Origin: Octopus vulgaris
Lineage: Eukaryota
DNA length: 64,000 nt
Reading direction: 5' to 3'
Assembly: GCA_951406725.2 (NCBI GenBank)
Contig: OX597823.1
Span: 20,336,001 to 20,400,000, forward strand
Below are positions 13,153 to 27,638 of the stretch, in pieces (positions within the stretch are counted from its first letter, which is position 1; the number at the start of each line of letters is the position of its first letter). The notes beneath the pieces were generated by a model. It was given only the letters and a program-made list of their open reading frames with translations, ran no database searches and was not told the DNA's origin. The position numbers were made by a program, and so were the translations under genes.

Positions 13153-13329
13153 TATATATATATATGTATATATATATATAAAATGATTAAGATTCTGTTG
13201 AATTAGGCACTAAGCCAGTTCGGTATAGTCCCGCGCAGCTCTCGAAGTTAGGTGAGTAACAGCCTTGTTACTTATTTGCTATAAATACACACACACGCAC
13301 CCCCCCACACATATATATATATACACACA

Positions 13330-14684
13330 CAAGGGGGTTCAAAACATTTGATATCATTTGAGATGTAAATATCACAGAAACTACATAGTCAAAGCAAATG
13401 TAACTGAACAGGTTTATTCCTTCAAATTTGAATGAGAGATTCAAAGGAACGTGGATTCCATGAACGATTTCACAAATGTTCAATATGCGCACCGCCCGAG
13501 ACACGGCACACATCATGTCCGTAGTCCATCTCCTCCTAAACACGCTGCAGCATGTCTTGGGTAACAGTCTCCAGTGCGGTAGTGATTCTCTGCTCCAGTT
13601 CCTCTAGGATTACAGGAAGGTGTGGGATATAGACCAGCCCCTTCACATAGCCCCAGAGAAAAAATATCGCAAAGTGTCAGGTCAGGTGAACGTGGCAGAC
13701 ATTTCAACACCACACTGTCTTCCTCACCATCACGCCCTACCCGTCTCCCTCGCTGATTGTCATTGAGATAAGCCCGCGCACAGTCAGCTTCCAGTGAGGT
13801 GGACCCTCGCCCTGTTGAAAAATGAAGTCTTCATGTTCATTTGCAATGAGCTCATCCATTAGTCAGTTCACCGGTCACATTTCCCCGAAAGAAAAATGGG
13901 CCATGAAGAAGCTTCTTGGAGATGGCGCAGAACACATTTCCTTTTGGTGAGTCCCTCACATGCTCAACTGTGGAATGGGGATTTTCTTCGCCCCAAATGC
14001 GAACATTACGCTTATTGACTTTCCTATTCGTATGAAATGTGGCATCATCACTTAAAACAAGACGTTCCTTGAACTCGGTTTCTTCAAGTTTCTCATATCA
14101 ACACAGGATTGCTTGCGCTGTCACTTGTCATCGGCCGTCATGGCCTGAACGAGCTGCAGCTTGTAGGGTTTCATTAGCAAGCGTTTTCTCAGGACGCGCC
14201 AAACTGTCGTTGGAGGAATCCGGGTTTCTAGATTTGTTCATCTTATAGATTTCTTGGGGCTTCGCAAGAGGTTTTAGTGAACCCGCTCGATCGTCTCTTT
14301 CGAATGTTAGTTGTCGTCTAGATCCTTTTGCCCTGCACAGTCAGCTTTGCTCTTTGAATTTTTTGTGCAATGTCCAAATCTGTATTGCAGTTTTCTTAGA
14401 AAACTCTCTCACTTCTTAGAAAACTCTCTCACTTCTTAAGAAAACTCTCTCACAAATGCACGCTGCACAGTCTTGCTCAACTGTGTTCGAGCATACTCCA
14501 GCAAACAGAACCTTTTCTCTGCCAGTGAATGCCATTTCTATACACGAAAAGATAAGCACATCAAACATTAAAAATAAGATTTAAACCTGTTTCTACACAT
14601 GCTGTTAAAATCTGAAGTCATTTGAACAAGAATTGGCAAAGTTATTAGATTGCGAAATAATATCCAATATTTTGAAACACCCTG
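13330..14684 (-). mobile_element. Decayed Tc1/mariner-superfamily DNA transposon with imperfect TIRs
   Basis: Ends CAAGGGGGTTCAAAACATTTGATATCATTT and AAATAATATCCAATATTTTGAAACACCCTG|TA. Minus ORF 13513-13713 has LPRSPDLTLCDIF, matching the WPPRSPDLTPCDFF transposase motif. Confidence 0.85.
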
Positions 14685-14734
14685 TATATATATATATTTA
14701 TATTCTATATTCTATATTCTACATTAATATTATG

Positions 14735-14795
<61 letters not shown>

Positions 14796-15806
14796 CATTA
14801 TATATAAATTAAATTCGATATAAAACCACTATTAGGCAAATCAAACAGTGAAAAACATAAACCAAAACATAAAAGTAAAAATAATTAATATATATATACA
14901 AGCGCACACACATACATATATATATATATATATAATCGCTCCGAGCCAAGCTGGTTGAAAGAGGTTCAACGACGCTGCACAGGAAATTATGCCCGGTTGC
15001 ATCTGCAACTGCACATATTCTGTGCAGTGGAAATTCGTGCAGATCGTCGTAACCATAAAAACGTTCTGTAACATTGTAAAATAAAAGGAAATAAATTTTG
15101 AGGATGTGTCAGTCTCAATATTCTCTATCGCTATAATAAGTTCAAAACCGTACCACGATAGAATATGGTGGTTAAAATGATGATAGCGATGATGGAAGTC
15201 TACCATCACGGTGTCATCCAAAATGAATTTCCAATCCGACAGTACAGAAATTCACCTTGAAACATGAAGGACATCCGTATCTCGGTGTGACTGAGGTCGG
15301 TGTATTCGTATAGACGTCATGTGCTGATCAGATGTGTAATCTTTCATAGATGATAAGACTGGTGTTGGACAGCGTAATGCGCCCACATGTGGTCGGGTGA
15401 AATTACCTCTGGAGTCTACTTAACGGAACTTCATCAACCAAAGTCTACAGGGTATTACGTTTCCCTATTTTGTTGGCCATTACTCTCAAGCAGTCGGCTG
15501 TTATTGTTGGTTACTGATTGTACCTACTTCTGTTCACTGTAAGATATTCCCACTAAACAGTTGTTACGTTCAATGCTTAAAACTATCTTTGGTGACGTAA
15601 TGGATGTTTTGGTTTGTGTTGCGTCAGCTTCCTGGAAACTAATTCGCTGCAAAGGCATTGTTCACGAAATCCGAAATCATCAAGTCGGAACGACTTAACC
15701 AATTGTATATAAAAGTTGATGAAGCAAACATCCATACTGAGATATCGCACCTTTTCCAGCATTTACGCACATGCATGAATACATATATACATACACACAC
15801 ACATAC

Positions 15807-15858
<52 letters not shown>

Positions 15859-15861
15859 ATA

Positions 15862-15933
<72 letters not shown>

Positions 15934-16034
15934 TATACACACACATATATACACACATACATGTACATACACACACGAACAACCCAAATTAATACCTGTC
16001 TATATTACATTTATGTAGTTTAATATATTATTGT

Positions 16035-16650
16035 CCTTTACTTGTTTCAGTTATTTTGACTGCGGCCCTGTTGCAGCACCACCTTAAAAGATTTTTAGTC
16101 GAAGAAATCGACCCCAGGACTTACTCTTTGTAATACAGTTCTATATTTTAAAGATGATGAATTATGTACATTATTTACATTAGTTACATTTGATGGATAT
16201 TTGTCCTCATCTTGTTTGTTTTTAGCACAATGTTTCAGCTGATATATCTTCCAAGCCTTCATCAGGTGTCTTGGGGAAATTTCGAACCCGGGTTCTCATT
16301 CCTAAGGTATTTGTCGATGTTATTGAGGGCAAACATCCGTCAAATGTAAATAATGTAAATAATTACTCGTTGTAAGCTTAATAATTTATCGGCTTTTATA
16401 ACCGAACCGCTAAGTTACGGGAACATAAACACGCCAATGTCCTTTGTTAAGGGATGGTGGGTGGAAGACAAACGCAGAAACAAAGACACACACACATACA
16501 CGACGGGCTTCTTTCAGTTTCCGCCTACCAAATCAACTCAAGGTTGTGGTCGGCACTGGGCTATAGTAGAAGACACTTGCCCAAGGTGTCACGCAGTGAA
16601 ACCATGTGGTTGGGAAGCAAGCTTCTCACCACATAGCCACGCCTGCGCCA
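16035..16650 (-). mobile_element. SINE family B interrupted by a hammerhead-bearing insert (about 16140-16365)
   Basis: SINE tail at 16035-16132 and body/head at 16385-16650 flank unrelated sequence. Confidence 0.75.
16224..16270 (-). ncRNA. Degenerate minimal type I hammerhead
   Basis: Minus strand GACAC-CTGATGA-A-GGCT...AGCT-GAAA-C-ATT-GTGCT. A fragment of the same family at 35671-35740 (+) retains ACGTTGTGTT, the expected intact stem III/stem I. Confidence 0.6.
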
Positions 16651-17092
16651 ATATATATATATATACATATAATACTTTTTGAGAAAAATACCCTAAAAGC
16701 ATTTCATATAGAGCTATAAAGAATAGCCTAGCAAATATTAGGTTGAAGTTTTGTAAAATTATTATGGCATCAACAACTTCGCTGGTAAGAGTAGTCGTTT
16801 CTAAAATGGATCGAGAAATTTGAAGTATTACTTTGGTCCAATAGTAGAACATATCTCTTGTTTACAGGATGTATGAATTTCTCTCCCACGGGTAGTCTTC
16901 AACTTTTTCGATCCAAAACAATTTTTCAGCGCAATATCTAGAAGCTATTTTTATAGCTGCAAGTCATGAGTTTCGAGAACCATTATTCTCAAAAGAATTA
17001 TTTCACATTCTCTCAAAACTTTATAAAATCTTTACAACGTCACCAATATATGTGCGTAGTATATACATTTATACATACATACAGACATATAC

Positions 17093-17259
<167 letters not shown>

Positions 17260-17306
17260 TAAATGAAAGAATGGAGTCGAACGAAGATGTTAACAAAATT
17301 CCTTTA

Positions 17307-17388
17307 CTCTCGATACATGTTTCGAAGACAGCATGTTTCAATTCCAAAGGAATAAAGGGTGTATTATGCAATCTTCTCATCAGGAAAG
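17307..17388 (-). ncRNA. Type I hammerhead motif, same family as 9715-9797
   Basis: Minus strand CTTTC-CTGATGA-GAAGATTGCAT...ATGCTGTCTTC-GAAA-CATGTA-TC-GAGAG; flanks 17260-17515 are the reverse homolog of 9610-9845. Confidence 0.7.
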
Positions 17389-17585
17389 AAAGGGAACCAT
17401 AATAATTTTACAAAACTTCAACCCAATGTTTTCTGACGTGAATTTGCTACCCAGGTTTCGGTTAAACGAATTTTCCATGCTGACGATGAACATAGGATAA
17501 TTCATTCACCTACTTAAATATATATATATATATATATATATTATATACAACTACGCATATATACTTATTAAATATAAGTATAATT

Positions 17586-17627
<42 letters not shown>

Positions 17628-17834
17628 ATACTTATATATATATATATAATTAGCCTAACTGACACTGCGGAGTTCCTGAAGTAGATCCACGACTGCGGAT
17701 GACAACACGTAGCTTAAACTGTGCCGGTGCTCTACTCAACATTTAATCACACTAATCGACTTATACCTTTTAGTCCCAAATATTAATATATATATATATA
17801 TAATTGATATTTGGGACTAATAGGCATTATAATA

Positions 17835-17899
<65 letters not shown>

Positions 17900-18030
17900 A
17901 TATGTATATATGTGTGTGTGTGTGTATATATGTATATATGTAAGCAAGGTTAATATGCTAAATTAATCAAGGTTTATATCCTCGCTTGTACTTTGATATA
18001 TATGTATATATATATATATATATATATGTT

Positions 18031-18101
<71 letters not shown>

Positions 18102-18133
18102 TTATATTCATATATATAAATACATACGCACAC

Positions 18134-18164
<31 letters not shown>

Positions 18165-18178
18165 CATGTGTGCGTATG

Positions 18179-18215
<37 letters not shown>

Positions 18216-18216
18216 G

Positions 18217-18282
<66 letters not shown>

Positions 18283-18295
18283 TATATAACATAGA

Positions 18296-18579
18296 CCCCA
18301 CCCCGAAGGCACAAGTACGGGCAAGGTTGTTTATTGAAGACCAAAAGTCATACATGTATACCATCCTCCCCTCTCCATGTTACCAATGTTATCCAAGGGA
18401 ATGGCGAAGGTTGTTACAGCTTGGCACCAGTGATGTCACAAAATTTCTGCAGCTGAATGCAACGTGAAATAAAGTGCCTTAGCCAAGAACACAACCGTAC
18501 CACACACAACCCGGTCCAGGAATCGAACTCACAACCTCATTATTGTGAGCCCGACGCTCTATCAATTAAGCTATGCGCC

Positions 18580-18582
<3 letters not shown>
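18296..18582 (-). mobile_element. SINE family D
   Basis: tRNA-like head GAAGGCGCATAGCTTAATTG...GAGTTCGATTCC on the minus strand plus the family D body. Confidence 0.8.
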
Positions 18583-18625
<43 letters not shown>

Positions 18626-18636
18626 GGTATGTCTGC

Positions 18637-18823
18637 GTAATAATGTATGCAATTAAATGCATGCAGACACACGCATATACACATATACACAAACACACAC
18701 ACATCCATGCATACACACACAATCAACTTCTTTCATTCAAATTCAAAATGATTGAAGACTAGCATCACGCTTGAAACTCGGAGTACCAACGAATTTGAAT
18801 CGAACTGTTTTGATCAATATACA

Positions 18824-18869
<46 letters not shown>

Positions 18870-18924
18870 CGCGTATATGTGTGTGTGCGCGTATGTGCAT
18901 GCATTTAATTGCATACATAATTAC
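18637..18924. repeat. Foldback structure: microsatellite-rich inverted arms around a ~105-bp dispersed core
   Basis: GTAATAATGTATGCAATTAAATGCATGCA at 18637 versus TGCATGCATTTAATTGCATACATAATTAC ending at 18924; core 18721-18828 recurs reversed at 54791-54897. Confidence 0.8.
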
Positions 18925-19076
18925 TCTGATTACAGCGAAGATAAAGACAGATATATACAATATATGATATACACTAATATAAGTACACACAGGTGAAGAT
19001 ATAGGCAGTGATATATAAATACAATATATAGATACAGAGAAGTAGATCCATTTACATTCTCATACATACATGGGAA

Positions 19077-19456
19077 GCACTCCGTCGGTTACGACGATGA
19101 GGGTTCCGGTTGATCCGAATCAACGGAACAGCCTGCTCGTGAAATTAACGTGTAAGTGGCTGAGCACTCCACAGACACGTGCACCCTTAACGTAGTTCTC
19201 GGGGATATTCAGCGTGACGCAGAGAGTGACAAGACCGGCCCCTTGAAATACAGGTACAACAGAAACAGGAAGTAAGAGTGAGAGAAAGTTGTGGTGAAAG
19301 AGTACAGCAGGGATCACCACCATCCCCTGCCGGAGCTTCGTGGAGCTTTTAGGTGTTTTCGCTCAATAAACACTCACAACGCCCGGTCTGGGAATTGAAA
19401 CCGCGATCCTATGACCGCGAGTCCGCTGCCCTAACCACTGGGCCATTGCGCCTCCA
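19077..19456 (-). mobile_element. tRNA-derived SINE family C (tRNA-Arg-like head)
   Basis: Minus strand GGAGGCGCAATGGCCCAGTGGTTAGGGCAGCGGACTCGCGGTC...; CATACATG on both flanks as candidate target-site duplication. Confidence 0.9.
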
Positions 19457-20805
19457 CCATACATGCATAAATATAAATAGATTGATGTAATCATGAGCAG
19501 AGACGGGGATGCGCGCGCAAATGCACATCGAATGTCATACAACTTCGCGGTTATGTTTACACACTAGAACGCATATATGTATGCAGAGGAAGTTTAAGCC
19601 AAAGAAAAGGCTCCTCAGTGGTCAGGCAATCTACTGGAAATAACTGCCAAATATCTTCCAAGGCACGCTCGAAATTTGTTATTAAACGAAAGGACGAAGG
19701 AGCCATTGCAAAAATTACGTGTGAAGAAGATTAAAGAATGAAGAGGCAGGATAGTTACGAAGAGGACGTGTTTGATCATAGGGCTAATGATTAGGGCTGA
19801 TCTGGGTTTAAACAAACACAACGAGGACGACAGGTAGCGATGACGACGGTATAAATAAAATGAAATAAAGATAAGTTCCGTATTAGAGATCGAATAACTT
19901 CCACATGGGTTCGGTTTCGGCTTGCGTGGATCTCGACTTGCATGGTGTACACCATAGACAGAAATAGAAACACGTGAAATGTAACACGTGAAAAAGAAAC
20001 ATAAAATTAATCATAGTAAAATACATTATATTTCAACAAATGTTCTCACGTCATTTACAAGAAGTCTAAAGAGAGAGAGACAAGAATTGTTTTGGAAATA
20101 TATCGATCATTGCGTGATGCTCGACATTATGGTTTACAAAATACAACAGAAAAATATAAAAACAACCCCTCCACACACATGCATACTCGTGCATGCGTAT
20201 ACTTACACGTTAAGAGACACACATACGTATATACATACACTCAGAAATCATATCTCATTTAATATTTTTTGGCTTTCAAATAGCCGCTTTTTTTTCAAGA
20301 TGTACGACTCAGAATGTATATTTGTAACCTTAATACAAGGTCATGCGTTTCTTGTTTTAATTTTGTTTTCTATTTTTTTAAATATTATTTAGCAAAAAGA
20401 ATGAAACAAACAGTCAATTAAATTACGCCTCGGTACTTGACCTGTATTTATTTTATCGATTCCCCCAATGTATGAAAAGTGAAGTCTACTCTGGTGGTAT
20501 TTCAAAGGAACATAATTAAATACCGCAATACAAAATAACTAGTGTTGGAGTTTTTCGGCAAAATTTTACCTATTGAAGACTTTTTTTGCTACCAACTTTT
20601 ATAAACAACCGCAAGACTATTTCGATCGATGTTCTAACGATTTTGCCAGCCGTCTTTATTTGTCACATGGGAAAAAATAGAAGACATTTAACTGTAAGAC
20701 ATTTCAAAATACATTTGCAACACATTTCTGAAAAGTTTTGCTATTTCATTTCTGGTACACACACACACACGTACACACAGACACAGACACAGACACACAC
20801 ACACA

Positions 20806-20872
<67 letters not shown>

Positions 20873-20945
20873 TTCCGTCTATAATTTATTCAATTTTCTT
20901 CCCGTAAATATCAGACAACAGCCATATTTCAAAATATTTTATCAT

Positions 20946-21049
20946 TTCTTCTTCTTCTTCTTCTTCTTCTTCTTCTTCTTCTTCTTCTTCTTCTTCTTCT
21001 TCTTCTTCTTCTTCTTCTTCTTCTTCTTCAGTCGCTACTAATGCTGTTG

Positions 21050-21105
<56 letters not shown>

Positions 21106-21116
21106 GCTACTACTAT

Positions 21117-21167
<51 letters not shown>
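20946..21167. repeat. Compound (TTC)n-(CTA)n microsatellite
   Basis: Direct reading. Confidence 0.97.
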
Positions 21168-21169
<2 letters not shown>

Positions 21170-21517
21170 TTCCTCGGAGCTTGTTCGTCTCATGCCATTC
21201 CCACTCACTCACTCACTCACTCCCGATTCTCTTTCTCTCCTGTTCTCCTGACCCATATTTTGCATCCATTCCCAAACCCAGCACTAACCATTACACCCAA
21301 TCCTTTCTCCCCAGGGCCATTCCCCCATAAAATTTCTTTCTTCCACATATTTTCCTCAAGCAGCCCTCGATTATTCAAGAAGATTGTTTACAGTATTGCT
21401 GCAAAAGCCAAACACACCGCTCTTTTCCCTTAGTTTAAATCAATAAAAATGCACAAAATTCAAATATTCGGGGTGAAAACATTCAAAGCCAGTATCTAAC
21501 TTATATGTCTTTTATCG

Positions 21518-21790
21518 TGAAGGCGCGTGGTTACGCTGTTGCACTGACGGTCACTCGATCGCGGGTTCAATTCTCTGAGTGGGCGGTGCGTTGTGTTCCT
21601 GAGCAAGACACTTCATTTCACGTTGCTTCAGTCTCCACTTTCGATCAAGGGGGAACGTTGGCTTGCTCGTCTAGCCAGCCGGGTGACATTGAAGTGGAGT
21701 CATTTGAAGGCTAAAACAATGCAAATGTGCATTGTGGCCAGAGACGTGTAATAACATCTGATAGCCTGGTCGGTCATGTGGTCACGTGAT
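21518..21790 (+). mobile_element. SINE with D-type head and E-type tail
   Basis: GTGAAGGCGCGTGG head, GAGCAAGACACTTCATTTCACGTTGC box, tail CATTTGAAGGCTAAAACAATGC...GATAGCCTGGTCGGTCA shared with 46138-46262. Confidence 0.75.
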
Positions 21791-21969
21791 ATTTTTTTTA
21801 TCGACCATTGAATGGTAAAAAGCATATTTGATTCAAACAGGATATGACGTCGAGCGTAATGCATTTTTATTTGGCTTTCTACCGATTCTTCCATCCAACA
21901 TTCTTCCATCTAACATTGTGCAAGCGATTAGAACGACCTCATTCTTTGTCTGATATTTATTTTGTCTAA

Positions 21970-22682
21970 GGCGGCGAGCTGGCAGAAACGTTAGCAAACC
22001 GGGCGATATACTTAGCGGTATTTCGTCCGTTTTTACGTTCTGAGTTCAAATTTCGCCGAGGTCGATTTTGCTTTTCATCCTTTCAGGGTCGATAAATTAA
22101 GCACCAGTTACGCACTGGGGTCAATGTAATCGACTTAATCCCTTTGTCTGTCCTTATTTGTCCCCTCTGTGTTTAGCCCCCTGTGGGTAATAAAGAAATA
22201 AGAAACATTAGCAAGTTGGGCAAAATGTTTAACGGTATTTCATCTGTCTTTACGTTCTGAGTTCAAATTCCGCTGAGGTCGATTTTGCCTTTCATCCTTT
22301 CAGGGTCGATAAATTAAGCACCAGTTACACACCGGTGTCAATGTAATCGACTTAATACCTTTGTCTGTCCTTATTTGTACCCTTTATGTTTAGCCCCTTG
22401 TGGGTAATAAAAAAATAAGAAACATCAACAGCTGGTGCCCCAGCATGACCGTGGCCTTCGGGCTAAAACATTTTTAAAGATTTAAGGATTTAAGCTGGGC
22501 AAAATGCTTAATGGTATTTCATTTGTCTTTACGTTCTGAGTTCAAATTTTGCTGAGGTTGACTTTGCCTTTCATCCTTTCGGGGTCGATAAATTAAATAG
22601 AAGTTGCGTCCCGGGGTCGATTTAATCGACTGTCTCCCTCCCGCCAAATTTCGGGCCTTGTGCCTAGAGCAGAAAAAGATAT
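21970..22682 (+). mobile_element. SINE family A, multimeric (three body units plus a short foreign tail fragment)
   Basis: TTACGTTCTGAGTTCAAAT units near 22033, 22250 and 22529; GGTGCCCCAGCATGACC fragment at about 22434. Confidence 0.85.
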
Positions 22683-23630
22683 TTATTTTCTTTACCACGA
22701 AACTATGTAAAGCGGGATTTGAAGCCAGAACGAACGAGACTAGGTATAACTTAATGTCACAAAATATTTCACGACTATATCATTTCAGTCAGTAACTGGC
22801 GCTATGAATTATACAAAGAATAAATATTTTCTTAACTGGAATATCTCGATTACGTTATATGACAATCGAAGTATAAACTTCTTTTTGTTATGATCTAATA
22901 TCATTATATGTTTTGCTTTGCTATTTAGTTTCCCTTCGTTTTTATCTTCATCTCTTTCTTTTTATCTGAAGCAATAATTTATCAGAGAGTATATGAGTGT
23001 ATAAAGTTACACACCGAATGAAAGCATATCAAATCTTGCTCAAAAATAATATCAAGGTCAAAAGGAGAGAAAAGTGTATGTAATTTGCAACTGATTCTAG
23101 TTGGAATCCCAAAAGTTCCAGTGTAGTCAAAGAAGTTTCGAAAATTGAAAATTAATCTTTAGCTACCATATATAATGATTCTCATTTGTTCCGAATGCAA
23201 TGCTCATAAATTATAGAAAAACAGAACGAAAATGTTGATTTAGTTTTCATAGTATAGAATTTGCTACTGTTATGTACGAAATGAAAACGCATATACTGTT
23301 GTTTTAATGTATTTCTGATGTGATACTTCTAGTTAAAAAACCCCAAGAAACTAACAAGTTATCTGCAACACAGATTGCATGTTTTATCGATTTTATCACA
23401 TCTGTAAAATTTCGTGGTTCTCACCATCTCTGTACAATCACACGCATCATGTCTTTTCTACGAGAGATGGATAGATTTTTTTTACAGCTCCTGGATTTAA
23501 AAATATTCAAATATAAAAATGTATAGAAACCAAAAATAGTATCCAAAGACAAATCTCTATGCATATGTCTGAAAGACATAATAACACACACATAACTATG
23601 TAGACGTCTATTATATATATTATGTACACA

Positions 23631-23675
<45 letters not shown>

Positions 23676-23758
23676 ACAAACAATATATATATCTACGTAT
23701 GTTTATATCAATATCTATCTATCTACTAATATATACATATAATATATATATGTATATA

Positions 23759-24460
23759 CTAGCTGACATGCGTGGTAATTCCCGGGATGGGGGGGGGGGG
23801 CTTACCCCTTGGTTCGGTTCTCAGAATTGTTTCGCTAATCCAATAGTAATAATACAAAATATGTAGCTCTTAAAATGGTTTTTCTGCATTGGCAGAGAAT
23901 ACCGAACTGTCTTACACAGGATCTTGTTTTTAAGAATTCCCAATAAGTTATGAATACCCAAATTGTGAAGTCATGTATGTAATAATATGAAATTAGTTAC
24001 CCGACAGTAAGAATTCAAATAAAGTAGCCCCGGAAAAGGGTTTTAATGCGTTTACAGGGTATATAGAACATAGGAGAAACTACTAATATATTAAAATCGT
24101 ATATTAAAATCGTGAAGCATGTTTCGTAATAACAGGCTAATCAAATATGAAATAGTAACAATTCACAGTACATAACTCTGAACAGGACTTTTGTGCGTTT
24201 CCAGAGAATATTACCCTCAGGGGAGCTAGTGTTGGTATATTCATGAATAAGTCACTAACCGAAATAAGTCGATCTATCGTTTAGGAAAATACTATTTACC
24301 TGTTTCAGGGTTGTACTGGATAAATTGTGAAAACAGCTCTAACAGTTCAAATACTAAGAAATAAGCATACTCAATTTAGGAAAATGAATGGGTTATTTCC
24401 CTTGGTTTTTAACATAAAATTTATTAGAAATATATATGAATCCGTTCCAGAGGATATGTA
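23759..24460 (-). mobile_element. Possible Helitron-like non-autonomous element
   Basis: ACTAG terminus emerging from (TA)n followed by a GC-rich segment; far boundary unknown. Confidence 0.3.
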
Positions 24461-24480
24461 TATATATATAAATAGATACG

Positions 24481-24579
<99 letters not shown>

Positions 24580-24717
24580 CTTGAGCGCCTATTAATAATA
24601 ATACTGTAATTGTTCCACGTGTTGTTGTTTTTTTGTTTTCCCGTTTGGATTAAAATTATATATATATATATATATATCTGTGTGTGTGTATACATATGTA
24701 TGCATAAGGTAAATAGT

Positions 24718-25022
24718 CTCTTCGATCATGAATGACCAAAGGATTGCACCCAGAGAGTTACACTCCGAGGTACAAATCCGGGCAAGGTCGTTTATGAAAG
24801 TCCAACAGTTGCCCATGCATGCCAGCCTCCCCTCCACGCCACCGATGTTACACAAGGGAAAGGCAAAGGCCGATACAGCTTGACATCAGTGACGTCGCAC
24901 TGAACGAACTGGAGCAACGTGAAATAAAGTATCTTGCTCAAGAATACAACACGCAGCCCGGTTCGGAAATGGAACTCACTACCTCTTGATTTTGAGCCTG
25001 ACTTCTGAGCCATGCACCCTCA
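24718..25022 (-). mobile_element. SINE family D
   Basis: Homologous to 8143-8418 and 18296-18582. Confidence 0.8.
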
Positions 25023-25183
25023 CATATGTTGGCATATGTACATATATATATCATGGATATTTATGCAGTATCTTTATTTAAATGCTTGTGTGCATATTAT
25101 GTGTGTATAGAGTTATATTGAAGAATATCCCAGAAATATATCCGTTCGTGTTAAGCTTGTAGTCTGTATGGGAATATCAATAT

Positions 25184-25238
<55 letters not shown>

Positions 25239-25256
25239 GTATATATATATATATAA

Positions 25257-25299
<43 letters not shown>

Positions 25300-25303
25300 T
25301 ATG

Positions 25304-25378
<75 letters not shown>

Positions 25379-25487
25379 GTATATATATATGTACATATAT
25401 ATTTATATATATATATATATATGTATACATACATACATATGCACACACATCTTAAACATTTTTAGATATATCGTCTTCTGGCCATTT

Positions 25488-25573
25488 TTCTTCATCTTCT
25501 TCTTCTTCTTCTTCTCCTTCTCCTCCTCCTCCTCCTCCTTCTTCTTCTTCTTCTTCTTCTTCTTCTTCTTCTT

Positions 25574-25637
<64 letters not shown>
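25488..25637. repeat. Compound (TTC)n-(TCC)n-(TTC)n-(TAC)n microsatellite
   Basis: Direct reading. Confidence 0.97.
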
Positions 25638-26342
25638 CGCTTCTTACTCTCATCCACCAATCCGTTTCCTTCATTCTACCCGTCTCTATAGATTCCAGTT
25701 TATTCGACAGTATATTTTTCATCTTGCTAATTCCCAACTCTCCTACCTTTTAATTTTAGTCTTCACTTCACGTATCCATCCACCCGTTTTTTACATTTAT
25801 TTTGATTCTTTTTCGTTTCATTTTGTTTTTTTTTTCTCTTTCTCCTTGTCGTAAATCTTAGGCATTTATGCCGCAGTCGCATCTGACATTCATGGGTATA
25901 CAGAAGATCATACGATAAGAAAATTATAGCATAGCCGTATGCTTAGAAAACACACATACACATGCACACACACACGAATACATACGTACACGTATACCCG
26001 CATACAAGCGCTCACACATTCACATACACACAAACACATACACACACATGCAGATGCAAACTAAAGATGGCGCTTTATAGTAAGCAAACATGGATAGATA
26101 CATAAGTACAAACATAGCTGCCTGCATTTATAGCTATACCTAGCTATGCATAAATATGATATTTATTTCACCCTGCCTAAGCACGTATGGTGTCTGTCAA
26201 ATACTTTTCGCATATCACCACCTTTTTGCGCTAAATTACAGATGCAGATCCTTAGATCCTCTCAATCATAATCTCTCACGACGGCGAAGATTTACACCGG
26301 TGTGGCAAAACAAAACCTCCAGCATTTATACACTGTGTGGAA

Positions 26343-26720
26343 GCACTCCGTCGGTTACGACGACGAGGGTTCCGGTTGATCCGAATCAACGGAACAGCCT
26401 GCTCGTGAAATTAACGTGTAAGTGGCTGAGCACTCCAGAGACACGTGTACCCATAACGTAGTTATCGGGGATATTCAGCGTGACACAGAGAGTGACAAGG
26501 CCGGCCCTTTGAAATACAGGTACAACAGAAATAGGAAGTAAGAGTGAGAGAAAGTTGTGGTGAAAGAGTACAGCAGGGATCACCACCATCCCTACCGGAG
26601 CCTCGTGGAGCTTTAGGTGTTTTCGCTCAATAAACACTCACAACGCCCGGTCTGGGAATCGAAACCGCGATCCTACGACCACGAGTCCGCTGCCCTAACC
26701 ACTGGGCCATTGCGCCTCCA
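26343..26720 (-). mobile_element. SINE family C
   Basis: Near-identical to 19077-19456. Confidence 0.9.
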
Positions 26721-27210
26721 CTTATACACACTGTAAGTGCTTCAACAAAAGACGCAATTACAAAGAGTCGATAATGGTGATAGTTCCCGGTCAACCCGCG
26801 TCTGTGAGAAACCTAGTTAACTGTCGGTATTTCATGGTCAAACTAAAAACACAAAACTCTGACCGCTGAAACAAAAGCTTCACCGTCACTTTTTGAACCT
26901 AAAAGTCATTGCTCGCTCTTCAGAGGCGAAAAACTATATGGATTGCGAAAATAATGAACATATCAGAATTTATGGGGATAAAAATTTGTGTGACATCATC
27001 ATTGTTACACACTAAATATACTGAAATACGTATTGAAGGCGTGAAATTGGCGTAAAAAAAAGCAAGATTGGAATGATCTAAGAATTGAAATGACTGTATA
27101 ATTTCCCAATTTGCATTTTGTTATACACATAAATACATTTATATATGCATACACATACACACGTGGACGCACACACACACGCACGCACGCATATATATAT
27201 GTATCATATA

Positions 27211-27621
27211 TACTCTTTTACTCTTTTACTTGTTTCAGTCATTTGACTGCGGCCATGCTGGAGCACCGCCTTTAGTCGAGCAAATCGACCCCCGGGACTT
27301 ATTCTTTGTAAGCCCAGTACTTATTCTATCGGTCTCTTTTGCCGGACCGCTAAGTTACGGGGACGTAAACACACCAGCATCGGTTGTCAAGCAATGCTAG
27401 GGAGACAAACACAGACACACAAACACATACACACACATACATATATATATATACATATATTCGACAGGCTTCTTACAGTTTCCGTCTACCAAATCCACTC
27501 ACAAGGCATTAGTCGGCCCGGGGCTATAGCAGAAGATACTTGCCCAAGATGCCACGCAGTGGGACTGAACCCGGAACCATGTGGTTGGTTAGCAAGCTAC
27601 TTACCACAAAGCCACTCCTGC
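27211..27621 (-). mobile_element. SINE family B
   Basis: Reverse complement of the family B consensus with (CTCTTTTA)n tail. Confidence 0.9.
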
Positions 27622-27638
27622 ATAGTATATATATCGTG

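Noticed and set aside
17670-17716. CTGAAGT...ATCC/GGAT...ACACGTAGC hammerhead-like remnant
   Set aside because: Both core halves are mutated; too degenerate to call.
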